Shown in pieces: positions 53,974-62,175 of a stretch of 64,000 bases of DNA. This DNA comes from an uncultured bacterium (GTDB lineage Bacteria > Planctomycetota > Phycisphaerae > Sedimentisphaerales > Anaerobacaceae). The position numbers were made by a program, and so were the translations under genes. The notes under the pieces were generated by a model. It searched no databases. It had not been told where the DNA came from and saw only the letters and a list, made by a program, of their open reading frames with translations. Every line of letters starts with the position of its first letter. The first letter of the stretch is position 1. Location of the stretch: contig CBDVDM010000001.1 of assembly GCA_965372745.1 (NCBI GenBank), positions 52,330-116,329 of the forward strand, given 5' to 3'.

Positions 53974-54164
53974 ATGATGGTTCTGGAGAAAGAAATTGCG
54001 GGTCTTGTCAAAACTAAAGAACACGGTTACAGATTCTTACTGTAGAAGAACTGCTAAACGGCAAGAAAATAGACTGTTCACCACTTGGCCAAGTAAATGT
54101 AACATTTAAAAAGGTCCCGAAGGCAAAAGAAGTATCTGACGGGCAAAATAAGTTTGAATTTTAA
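53974..54164 (+). pseudogene. decayed gene fragment; C-terminal tail resembles RM-type DNA methyltransferases
   Basis: There are two short reading frames. MMVLEKEIAGLVKTKEHGYRFLL* occupies 53974-54045. The overlapping -1 frame ...QILTVEELLNGKKIDCSPLGQVNVTFKKVPKAKEVSDGQNKFEF* ends at 54164. No upstream catalytic region is present. The family resemblance is from memory only. Confidence 0.35.
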
Positions 54165-54193
54165 ATGATTATTCTAATGAAGGAGAATTTAAA

Positions 54194-54514
54194 ATGGAAG
54201 GATCAACGTATAATTTAATTCGACAAGCAATAATTGAAAAAAAGCAAGTTGTCGCTACTTACAACGGACATCAAAGAGAGTTATGCCCACATGTCATTGG
54301 AACAAAAAATGGTCGGCAACAAGCACTATTTTACCAGTTTGGAGGTACAAGTTCTTCTCGCCCCATAGTACCCGGATCAAAGGAAAACTGGCGGTGCATA
54401 CCAATTGAGGGACTTATCAACGTAGAGATTAGAGAAGGGCAATGGCATACTTCTTCAGACCATACTCAACCGCAAACATGCGTTGATGTTGTTGAGGTAG
54501 AAGTTAATTTCTGA
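54194..54514 (+). CDS. small WYL-like (SH3-barrel-like) protein
   Basis: It is 106 aa. The pattern VVATYNGHQRELCPHVIG...QALFYQFGG...WRCIPIEGLINVEI resembles the WYL-domain core (Y.g..R.v.P....g.wYl....R.f.l.rI). It has no HTH. Confidence 0.4.
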   Translation: MEGSTYNLIRQAIIEKKQVVATYNGHQRELCPHVIGTKNGRQQALFYQFGGTSSSRPIVPGSKENWRCIPIEGLINVEIREGQWHTSSDHTQPQTCVDVVEVEVNF

Positions 54515-54549
54515 TTATTGCTTAATGATTATGACAGGAAGGTTAATAA

Positions 54550-55809
54550 ATGCCCGACCAAACAATTAAATGCCCAAAGTGTGGAACGCAGATTCCTTTA
54601 ACAGAAGCCTTGACCGGCCAAATAGAACAGAGCATTAAGTTAAAGTATGAAGCCGAAGCGGCAGAAAAGGCTAAAGAGCTTGATAAGGAAAAAATGATTC
54701 TCAAGCAGAAAGCTAAAGAGCTTGAGGCTAAGGAGCAGGCTATTGATGAACAGGTTTCCGAACAGCTAAAGACTGAGCGAAAAGAGCTTGCCGAGGCGGA
54801 ACGCAAGAAAATTATTGCCGAGCAGCTTGAACAGACAAAAGCCCTTGAAGGAGAATTGGAAGAGAAGAATCAAAAACTCAAAGAGTTTCAGCAGCAAGAG
54901 CTTGAACTTCGTAGGCAGCAAAGAAAACTACAGGAAGATAAAGAGGCTTTTGAATTGGAAGCCGCCCGTAAGCTGGATGAAGAACGCAAGAAGATAGCCG
55001 AAGAAGCGGGCAAAAAAGCTACTGAAGAGCAACAGTTAAAGATGCGGGAAAAAGATGATCAGCTTACAGCAATGAAAAAACAGATTGACGAACTTAAACG
55101 AAAAGCTGAGGTCGGTTCGCAGGAAGCACAGGGCGAAGCTCTGGAACAGGAGCTTCAGGAATATCTGGAAAGAACTTTCGCTTATGACAGATTCCAAAAA
55201 GTTAAAAAGGGCGCAAAGGGAGCGGATATATTGCAGATAGTCCATAATCAGGCAGGCAAGGAATGTGGTAAAATACTATGGGAATCAAAGAACACAAAGG
55301 AGTTTCAAAAAAGCTGGATAGAAAAGCTTAAAAAGGACCAGCAACAGGATAATGCTGATATTGCGGTTATAATGTCTGTTGCATTGCCTGTCGGAATCGA
55401 TAGCTTTGATATGTATGATGGTGTTTGGGTTACTGATTATAAATCGTTAAAAGGACTTGCCACCGCCCTCAGACAAGGTTTGATAGAAGTAGCAAGACAG
55501 AAACTTATTACAACTGGTCAAGATAGTATCAAAGATGTACTTTACCAGTATATAACCGGCCAGGAATTTATAATGCGTATCCGTGCTGTAGTTGAAGCAT
55601 TCCAGAGAATGAACGAAGAGCTTGGGAAAGAAAAGCGTGCTATGACAAGGATATGGAACAGCAGAGAAAAACAAATTGCCACTGTTATTGAAAATGTTGC
55701 TGGCATACATGGTTCGATAGAAGGTCTTGTAGGAAACCAGAAAGCTTTACCCGAAATAGAAGCTCTTTCTTTGGAATCTATAGCAGAAGAAAAGGAGGAA
55801 GAATTTTAG
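54550..55809 (+). CDS. DUF2130-type protein: N-terminal Zn-ribbon, long coiled coil, C-terminal PD-(D/E)xK-like domain
   Basis: It has CPKCGTQIP at the N-terminus and ~190 aa of E/K-rich heptad-like sequence. A C-terminal GEALEQELQEYL...GADILQIV...GKILWESKNTKEF...ADIAVIMS core follows. Confidence 0.65.
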   Translation: MPDQTIKCPKCGTQIPLTEALTGQIEQSIKLKYEAEAAEKAKELDKEKMILKQKAKELEAKEQAIDEQVSEQLKTERKELAEAERKKIIAEQLEQTKALEGELEEKNQKLKEFQQQELELRRQQRKLQEDKEAFELEAARKLDEERKKIAEEAGKKATEEQQLKMREKDDQLTAMKKQIDELKRKAEVGSQEAQGEALEQELQEYLERTFAYDRFQKVKKGAKGADILQIVHNQAGKECGKILWESKNTKEFQKSWIEKLKKDQQQDNADIAVIMSVALPVGIDSFDMYDGVWVTDYKSLKGLATALRQGLIEVARQKLITTGQDSIKDVLYQYITGQEFIMRIRAVVEAFQRMNEELGKEKRAMTRIWNSREKQIATVIENVAGIHGSIEGLVGNQKALPEIEALSLESIAEEKEEEF

Positions 55810-55887
55810 CGGCAACTCTCCGAGACGGTATCGGGCTCCAGGCATTCCTAAACTCCTCACACAAAATATACGAATGGTAATGGAAAA

Positions 55888-56073
55888 CCCTGCCATGCGA
55901 GATGGCAGGGCTAAACATTTTAAAGATTCCCCTGCCGCGAGCAGAAAGTTAGAAGTCAGATATCAGAAGTCAGATAACAGATAACGGATGGCGGACGACG
56001 GATAACAGAAATTTCCCCTGCCGCGAGCAGCAGGGCTAAACAACAACCCCAGCCACAGGTGCTGGGGCTAAAC
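55888..56073. repeat. cluster of GC-rich hairpins each ending in GGGCTAAAC
   Basis: The first hairpin is CCCTGCCAT-gcgag-ATGGCAGGG+CTAAAC (55888-55916). A truncated half lies at 55929-55944. The others are CCCTGC-n8-GCAGGG+CTAAAC (56016-56041) and CCCCAGC-n7-GCTGGGG+CTAAAC (56047-56073). Confidence 0.75.
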
Positions 56074-56170
56074 GATATGGATTTCTGATCAGGTTAGGGA
56101 TGACATTAAATATAATACCCTTCGCTAACGCTTGGGCTCTGTGCTTCGCGGGGCAGTAACGGGATGACGG

Positions 56171-56268
56171 AGGGCAGAGAGAATATTAACAGAAACCAGA
56201 AGTCAGAAATCAGATGTCAGAATACAGAATTAAGAAAAACTAACAACTGATTTTAAAAACGAATGCGT
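56171..56268. repeat. ~90-nt dispersed repeat (related to 62041-62125)
   Basis: It shares CAGAGAATATTAACAGAA, then a variable CAGAAGT/CAGAAAT tract, then GAATTAAGAAAAACTAACAACT(G/A)ATTTTA. The last module matches at 28 of 29 positions. Confidence 0.75.
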
Positions 56269-56277
56269 TTGCTAAAA

Positions 56278-56676
56278 TTATTTGTTGGGGACTGGTCTTA
56301 CCTTTAAGGGGACGGAAGCTTCCTGTCGGCCATCAATGGCTAAATCGACGCGGTAGTCGCCGAAATCCTCGAGCTTCATTCGCTGGATGTTTAAAATCAG
56401 ATTAGCAGCGAATGAATCTTCATTTTTCGGGATACGGACAGTGATGTTGTCTTCGATTTTCGGGCCTATACTTCTGCCATCGGCGTCAATGACATTGATT
56501 TTTATTCTGTGGATGCTCTCTTCGATTTTGGCAAATCTTATCCTGGCGGCAATTGTACAGGCAGGGTAAACCATAGGCATTTGTCTTGACCAGATGGTGT
56601 CGAATGCGCCTAAGACATTTAACTTGCCCTGAGAGTCGGTTGCACAATCGCATAAAACAAAGGCTTCTATGTCCAT
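56278..56676 (-). CDS. hypothetical beta-rich protein (133 aa)
   Basis: I prefer the internal start (MDIEAFVLCDCATDSQGKLNVLGAF...) with a GGAAAAGAG RBS. The tracked longer ORF adds 30 poorly supported residues. I cannot name a family with confidence. Confidence 0.55.
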   Translation of the reverse strand: MDIEAFVLCDCATDSQGKLNVLGAFDTIWSRQMPMVYPACTIAARIRFAKIEESIHRIKINVIDADGRSIGPKIEDNITVRIPKNEDSFAANLILNIQRMKLEDFGDYRVDLAIDGRQEASVPLKVRPVPNK

Positions 56677-56782
56677 TTTCTCTTTTCCAGTATAAAGATT
56701 GTTAAGGAAAGGGGTATTAGAACCTGTATGTAGATGGGTGTCAAGAAGTTTAAAGCCCAAAGCCACGGCGTAAGATTTAAAA

Positions 56783-57670
56783 TTATTTTAGCGTAAAGAC
56801 GGTGATTTCCGGTCGTGCGTTGTGTAGGAAACGGCCCAGTCGCCCGAGGCCTCGATTGACGTAGAGTTTCGCCTTGCCTACCTCATATAGCCCTGCGTGA
56901 AAGTTTCTTTTCTTCATTTTCCAGCCTGGTGATGGTTCGAGCCTGGTCTGTACACCGTGTGTATGACCGCTTAAACATACATCGGCGGGAAAGGCTTTTA
57001 GATGGATAGCGGTATCGGGATTGTGGGTAAGAGCGATAACCGGCAAATCAGTAGTTACGTTCTCGAATGCTTTTTCAGGATAAAAATCTTTTGCCCAGAT
57101 GTCGCCGAGTCCTGCGAGCCAGAGTGATTTGCCGTCGATTTCGATAGCGGTTGATTCATTTCTCAGCATTTTCACACCACAGGCCTCGAATCCGTCGATG
57201 AGGCGGGAGAGCAGGTCGTTGCGGTAGCTGCCAAAGACCGAGCCGATACCGTAGTCGTGGTTGCCCAGACATGCGAATGTTCCGTGTCTGCTTTGGATTT
57301 TGCCGACCAGCTTTGTAACCTTGTCTCTGAATTTTCCGTAGATGTCGTGCGTGACGAAATCTCCGGTCATAACGACGATATCGGCATCGAGAAGGTTGAC
57401 TCGTTCGATACAGTGTATGAGGTATTTTGAGCTTACTGTTCGGCTGCAATGCAGGTCGGATATATGGACGATGCGTTTTCCGCCGAGAGCGTCGGCCAGT
57501 TTTGGCAGGTGCAGGTCGACTTCGACGACTTCTATCCATTCAGGAGCGGTGCCGTGATTGTGGTCAACAGCCCATGAAGTGCAAAAGCCGAGGTTGCCTA
57601 ACGACGCACCTTTCAAATATCTGTTCCACTTTGTTAGTTTTCTTTGTTTCAGTTTTGACCAGGCCTTCAT
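56783..57670 (-). CDS. metallophosphoesterase (YaeI-like)
   Basis: It has the motifs HISDLH, TGDFVTHD, GNHD, LTHNPD and GHTHG. Confidence 0.85.
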   Translation of the reverse strand: MKAWSKLKQRKLTKWNRYLKGASLGNLGFCTSWAVDHNHGTAPEWIEVVEVDLHLPKLADALGGKRIVHISDLHCSRTVSSKYLIHCIERVNLLDADIVVMTGDFVTHDIYGKFRDKVTKLVGKIQSRHGTFACLGNHDYGIGSVFGSYRNDLLSRLIDGFEACGVKMLRNESTAIEIDGKSLWLAGLGDIWAKDFYPEKAFENVTTDLPVIALTHNPDTAIHLKAFPADVCLSGHTHGVQTRLEPSPGWKMKKRNFHAGLYEVGKAKLYVNRGLGRLGRFLHNARPEITVFTLK

Positions 57671-57802
57671 AGTAGTTAATATATGGTTTTTAATTGTGTT
57701 GTCAAGTTTGCAATTGGTTTTATTTTTTGTGATAGCATGATATTGGATTTTGCGATAAAATTTTAGAAGTTAGAAATAAGCTGCGGAAAACAAGGGCAAA
57801 GC

Positions 57803-58900
57803 ATGAATAACGAGCAGTTAGAGTATGTGGAGCAGCAGAAGCGGGCGAAAGAGGTTCGGCCGGTGCTGATTGTATCGAATGATACGGTTAGTGAATATGG
57901 TATACCGCTGAGACATTTGCTTGCAGGTTTGGCGGATGAGTCTGTATCGGTTGTGGTGGTTTGTCCGCCGAATTGTGATGTTGAACCGCTTGTAACGCCG
58001 GGCAGTGAGGTGATTCGGCATCCTGCGATTGATGTGGTATTTATGGCACGACGGAACCGCAGGATATTGATTGAGCAGCTTTTAAGATTTAAACCGACAG
58101 TGCTGCACTGTTTGTCTCATGGCAAGGCCTTGCTTGCGAGGAATCTGGCCAAGCAATTGGCAGTGCCTTATGTGCTGAGTATCAATAAGCTGCAAAAGCG
58201 TTTTAGCCGGCTTTCAATTTCCGCAAAGCGATGTGCAAAGATTATAGTTGCCTCTGAAAGTATCGCTTCGAATGTTGCGGAGGTTTATCCGCGTTTTGCC
58301 AGCAGGGTTGAAAAGATAAATGTCGGGACATTCGCTGCAGAGAGTGCGAATTGTTTTAGTGACTTATCGCGTATGGCGAGTATTGTTGTGTCGACCCCTG
58401 CAAAATATGAGCCGTCGTTTGATAATCTGTTTGGAGCGGTGAGGCATTTGGCGATTGACGGTTATGAATTTATGCTGGTGATAATAGGGGGGCTGCATGG
58501 TGATAAACAGTTGCGCAGCAGGCTGCGAACGCTCGGTCTTTTGAATCATGTTATTAATGTGCCTCCGCAAGTGCCGTGGCGGTCAGTTCTGGCGGCAGGT
58601 GATATATTCGTTCAGCCGTTTACCAGTGACGCTTTCAATCCACTGCTGCTTGAGGCGATGAGTGTCGGAGCTGTGGTAGCCGGATGCAAAGGCGGAGTGG
58701 ACGATTTGCTTATCGATGGGCAAACCTGTGTTTTATTTGACCCGGATGATGAGCTTAATATTTATGGCCGATTGAAGCAGTTATTTGACAGGCACGAACA
58801 GGCCAGGCAGTTGGCTGGAAATGCGCAGGAAAATTTACGTGAAAATTATCAGGTCAGCACGATGGTTTCAGAGACGTTAAGGGTCTATAGCGAGGTATAG
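57803..58900 (+). CDS. glycosyltransferase (GT-B, family 1/4 type)
   Basis: The C-terminal region FVQPFTSDAFNPLLLEAMSVGAVVAGCKGGVDDLLIDGQTCVLFDP is an E-x7-E-type motif. Confidence 0.8.
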   Translation: MNNEQLEYVEQQKRAKEVRPVLIVSNDTVSEYGIPLRHLLAGLADESVSVVVVCPPNCDVEPLVTPGSEVIRHPAIDVVFMARRNRRILIEQLLRFKPTVLHCLSHGKALLARNLAKQLAVPYVLSINKLQKRFSRLSISAKRCAKIIVASESIASNVAEVYPRFASRVEKINVGTFAAESANCFSDLSRMASIVVSTPAKYEPSFDNLFGAVRHLAIDGYEFMLVIIGGLHGDKQLRSRLRTLGLLNHVINVPPQVPWRSVLAAGDIFVQPFTSDAFNPLLLEAMSVGAVVAGCKGGVDDLLIDGQTCVLFDPDDELNIYGRLKQLFDRHEQARQLAGNAQENLRENYQVSTMVSETLRVYSEV

Positions 58901-58933
58901 AAATAGTGTTCTGTCGCTCGTTATTTGAGGACT

Positions 58934-59028
58934 TGTCATTCCGAACCCATTCGGCTTCGCTCAGAGCGGGCTTTGATGCGGAATCCAGACTTTTGAAGAT
59001 ATGGATTCCTGCTTTTGCAGGAATGACA
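58934..59028. repeat. REP-like nested inverted repeat between convergent genes
   Basis: The outer arms are GTCATTCC (58935-58942) and GGAATGAC (59021-59028). The inner arms are GGAATCCA (58980-58987) and TGGATTCC (59002-59009). It also has small hairpins CCGAA-ccca-TTCGG and CCTGC-tttt-GCAGG. Confidence 0.75.
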
Positions 59029-59077
59029 TTCATCAATTGAGTGTCGACAAAGCACTATCTGAAACGATAAACCTTTC

Positions 59078-59953
59078 TTAATCGAACAAACCGTAATCGG
59101 TTAAAGTTTGCTTCAGTATAGCTTTTTTCTTTTCCGGTAGTGGTGTCATCGGCAGCCGCAATTCAGCCGAGGCCATACCGAGCATCGCCATTGCCGTTTT
59201 GATTGGAATGGGATTGGTTGCAAGACCCAGCATATTTTTGCTCAATTCGAATAATTTGTTATGCCATTTTCTCGCGGTGACTAAATCGCCTGCGAGAATC
59301 AAATCTGTCATTGCCTTGACATCAGCAGGTACAATATTTGCAACGACACTGATAACGCCTTTGCCGCCGACAGAGCATATCGGCAGGGTAAGCGAGTCGT
59401 CGCCTGAGATGATAGTTATATCACAGCTTGCGGCGATGGCACTGGCCATGTCGAGGCTGCCGGTAGCCTCTTTTATTGCGACGATGTTTTCAAGTTCAGA
59501 CAGTTGTGCAACGGTGTCAGCGGTCAAGCCTGTTCCGCCGCAACGGCCGGGGATGTTGTAGAGCACCATAGGCAGGTCTACTTCTTCAGCGATTGCCCTG
59601 AAGTGCTCGTAAAAACCCTGTTGGGTTGGTTTGTTGTAGTAAGGGCAAACCTGTAAGGTAGCGTCGGCACCGGCTTTTTTAGCAAATGCGGTAAGCTCGA
59701 TGGCCTCGGCGGTGCTGTTTGAGCCGGCACCGGCGATTACGGGACATTTGCCTTTGACAGCTTTCACGACGCGTTCGATGACCTTTTTGTGTTCGGTATG
59801 GCTGACGGTCGGACATTCTCCGGTTGTACCGACCGGTGCTATTGCGTCGATTCCGTTTTCAAGCTGAAAATCGATTAGCTCATCGAGTGTTTTAAAATCG
59901 ATTTCGCCGTCACGAAAGGGTGTTATTAAAGCTACCATCGCACCTGTAAACAT
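59078..59953 (-). CDS. dapA: 4-hydroxy-tetrahydrodipicolinate synthase
   Basis: It is 291 aa with ALITPF...VGTTGE...YNIP...IKEA motifs. Confidence 0.95.
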   Translation of the reverse strand: MFTGAMVALITPFRDGEIDFKTLDELIDFQLENGIDAIAPVGTTGECPTVSHTEHKKVIERVVKAVKGKCPVIAGAGSNSTAEAIELTAFAKKAGADATLQVCPYYNKPTQQGFYEHFRAIAEEVDLPMVLYNIPGRCGGTGLTADTVAQLSELENIVAIKEATGSLDMASAIAASCDITIISGDDSLTLPICSVGGKGVISVVANIVPADVKAMTDLILAGDLVTARKWHNKLFELSKNMLGLATNPIPIKTAMAMLGMASAELRLPMTPLPEKKKAILKQTLTDYGLFD

Positions 59954-59962
59954 CTTGTTCTC

Positions 59963-60709
59963 CTATGAATTTATTTTTGATTCCGTTTCTTCCAGGATTT
60001 TAAGATAGGCCTTTACAGCATTAGACAGACCCATATCAATTGCATCAGCAATCAGGGCGTGACCGATTGAGACCTCCAGAACACCGGGTACTGCCGAGCA
60101 GAATTTTCCGAGGTTGTCGAGGTTGAGGTCGTGACCTGCGTTTATATCAAGGCCGGCATCGAGAGCTGACTGTGCAGTATCGATGTATTCCTGTAAGGTC
60201 TGCTCGAAATTTTGATTTTTCTTAAATGCGACGGCATAGGGTTCGGTGTAAAGCTCGATTCGGTCGGCGCCGATTTGCCCTGCGAGCTTTATATTTTGCG
60301 GGAGCGGGTCCATGAAAAGGCTTACGCGAATGCCGTTGTCTTTTAATTGTTTTATGACGGGCATCAGTTTTTGGCTATTGGCGTTCAGGTCCCAGCCGTG
60401 ATCGGATGTGTTTGCGCCGGGAGCATCCGGGACAAGTGTTGCCTGCGTTGGTTTTACCTGTGTGACAATCTCCATATATTTTCCGGTGAAGGGATTCCCC
60501 TCGATGTTAAATTCAACTGTTACCATATCCGCCAGTTCGTAAACGTCGCTGTATCTTATGTGGCGCTCATCGGGTCGGGGATGAACGGTAACACCGTATG
60601 CGCCGGCATCGATTACGGTACGGGCTGCGCCTATGACATCGGGGATACCGATATCACGCTGATTACGCAGCAATGCAATCTTGTTTATGTTGACGCTTAG
60701 TTTAGTCAT
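59963..60709 (-). CDS. pdxJ: pyridoxine 5'-phosphate synthase
   Basis: I prefer the start at M47 of the tracked ORF (MTKLSVNINKIALLRNQRD...), which has a GAGGAC RBS and gives the typical ~248 aa. Confidence 0.9.
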   Translation of the reverse strand: MTKLSVNINKIALLRNQRDIGIPDVIGAARTVIDAGAYGVTVHPRPDERHIRYSDVYELADMVTVEFNIEGNPFTGKYMEIVTQVKPTQATLVPDAPGANTSDHGWDLNANSQKLMPVIKQLKDNGIRVSLFMDPLPQNIKLAGQIGADRIELYTEPYAVAFKKNQNFEQTLQEYIDTAQSALDAGLDINAGHDLNLDNLGKFCSAVPGVLEVSIGHALIADAIDMGLSNAVKAYLKILEETESKINS

Positions 60710-60967
60710 AATCCGGTCCTCGTGAACAGGAGCAATTATATAGCCGGCTGGGTTTCTATCAAGCAAATTTAAAAGAGGCAGATATTGATGATTTGCAGGC
60801 GAGTAGTTTTTGGTTGAATATCGAGGCGCCGAGCGTATAATTTCCATCTTACAGGGATGTTTTAAGTGTAACGTTATAATACTTTCATGGAAGGATTATA
60901 AAAAATAGACAATCAGCTTCGAACATCAGTATTACATGCTGCACCGTCCAGACTCTATTATTTTGAT

Positions 60968-62002
60968 GTGTTACGGACATTTGCAGCATTTTCGATTGTG
61001 ACAGCCCATGTTGCTTCGTGGATGACGCTGACTTTTCCGCCTCTCGTAACAATTGACTGGTGGGTAGGTAATGTTATAAACTCTGCCAGTCGTTTTTGTC
61101 TTCCGATTTTCATAATGATAAGCGGTGCAGCTTTACTTAACCCTGCGAAACAGGAAAGCATGGGAGTTTTTTTCAAAAAGCGCACGAGACGGATTCTGAT
61201 TCCTACGATTTTCTGGTCGATTTTTTATCTTATCTTAAAGGCAACTTTATTCTATGAGCAGGTGACATTAAAAGCTCTCGCAACTGATATTTTAGATGCA
61301 AATATGTACTATCATATGTGGTATTTGTATGTGGCGGTCGGGCTTTATCTATTAACGCCTTATCTTCGCGGGTATGTCAGAAACACAGCCAGAGAAAAGA
61401 GAATCGGCATTGCGGTTTTTATGCTGATAGTGGGAATAATTTTGTGCCTGATAAATCATGTATACCGCTCAGACAGGCACCTGATTTTTGTTGAGACGAT
61501 ACCTTATCTGGGTTATTACCTGGCAGGTTATGAGCTTAGCCTGCTCGACAGGAAGAAGATAAACCTTAAGTATACTGTCATTGCTATCGTATTAAGCATT
61601 CTTGTTATTGCCTTCGGAGCAGCTTTTTATATCAGGCTCTGGGGCACCGTTCGTGACAATATCTTCTATCATCAGTTGAATCTGCCGGCAGTTGTTTTGT
61701 CGATATCAGCTTTTTTATTAGTATATCGAATCTGCGGGACTGCGGCACCGGCTAAAGGCAGGGTGATGAACTTAACCGGAAAAGTTTTGCCAACGACGAT
61801 GGGGATATATATTTTGCATCCGCTGATTCTTGAAATCATTCACGGGATAGCTGTTCATTTCGGTGCTGACAATGACCCGGGGACCGACGGCGTAACCGCA
61901 TTGATAGGTATACCGCTGGTAAGTTTGGTAACTATCTTTCTGTGCTATAAAATTTCCAGCGCCCTTATGAAAATCCCCTACCTGCGACGGATAATAGCCT
62001 GA
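60968..62002 (+). CDS. acyltransferase family 3 membrane protein
   Basis: It has ~10 TM helices and an acyltransferase_3-like start (..FDVLRTFAAFSIVTAHV). The only canonical start is GTG at 60968, which falls inside the conserved motif (see findings). Confidence 0.75.
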   Translation: MLRTFAAFSIVTAHVASWMTLTFPPLVTIDWWVGNVINSASRFCLPIFIMISGAALLNPAKQESMGVFFKKRTRRILIPTIFWSIFYLILKATLFYEQVTLKALATDILDANMYYHMWYLYVAVGLYLLTPYLRGYVRNTAREKRIGIAVFMLIVGIILCLINHVYRSDRHLIFVETIPYLGYYLAGYELSLLDRKKINLKYTVIAIVLSILVIAFGAAFYIRLWGTVRDNIFYHQLNLPAVVLSISAFLLVYRICGTAAPAKGRVMNLTGKVLPTTMGIYILHPLILEIIHGIAVHFGADNDPGTDGVTALIGIPLVSLVTIFLCYKISSALMKIPYLRRIIA

Positions 62003-62020
62003 TAAAGACAAAAATATCTT

Positions 62021-62061
62021 GCCACAGAGGGCACAGAGTTCACAGAGAATATTAACAGAAG
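62021..62061. repeat. 41-nt perfect repeat, copy 1
   Basis: GCCACAGAGGGCACAGAGTTCACAGAGAATATTAACAGAAG is identical to 62468-62508. Confidence 0.9.
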
Positions 62062-62097
62062 ACAGAAGACGGAATTAAGAAAAACTAACAACTAATT

Positions 62098-62175
62098 TTA
62101 ACCGCGAATACACGCAAATGTACGCTAACAATTATTCTTATCAATTCGCGTTCATTGGCGTGTATTCGCGGTTAA
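62098..62175. repeat. long palindrome (18-bp perfect arms, ~28-bp imperfect stem)
   Basis: TTAACCGCGAATACACGC (62098-62115) pairs with GCGTGTATTCGCGGTTAA (62158-62175). The arms extend imperfectly by ~10 nt. A third half-copy lies at 62391-62421. Confidence 0.85.

Noticed and set aside
54543-54806. 87-aa Ser/Ala/Cys-rich minus-strand ORF.
   Set aside because: It is antisense to the GAA/AAG-rich coiled-coil region of the DUF2130-type gene. The low-complexity product mirrors the E/K repeats.
55888-56268. Possible CRISPR array, because of the recurring hairpins and repeated words.
   Set aside because: There is no constant-length direct repeat, no regular spacing and no unique spacers of uniform size. 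The window has no cas genes. The units are hairpins of differing sequence and low-complexity CAGAAGT tracts.
57156-57539. 127-aa Arg/Pro-rich minus-strand ORF, and the plus-strand ORFs at 57342-57672.
   Set aside because: They overlap the metallophosphoesterase gene in other frames or on the other strand. That gene carries all five phosphoesterase motifs. The composition (R/P/S runs) is typical of off-frame translation.
58854-59036. 60-aa minus-strand ORF (MMNVIPAKAGIH...).
   Set aside because: It is the literal translation of the REP-like nested inverted repeat. Peptides of this style are a known artefact of such elements.
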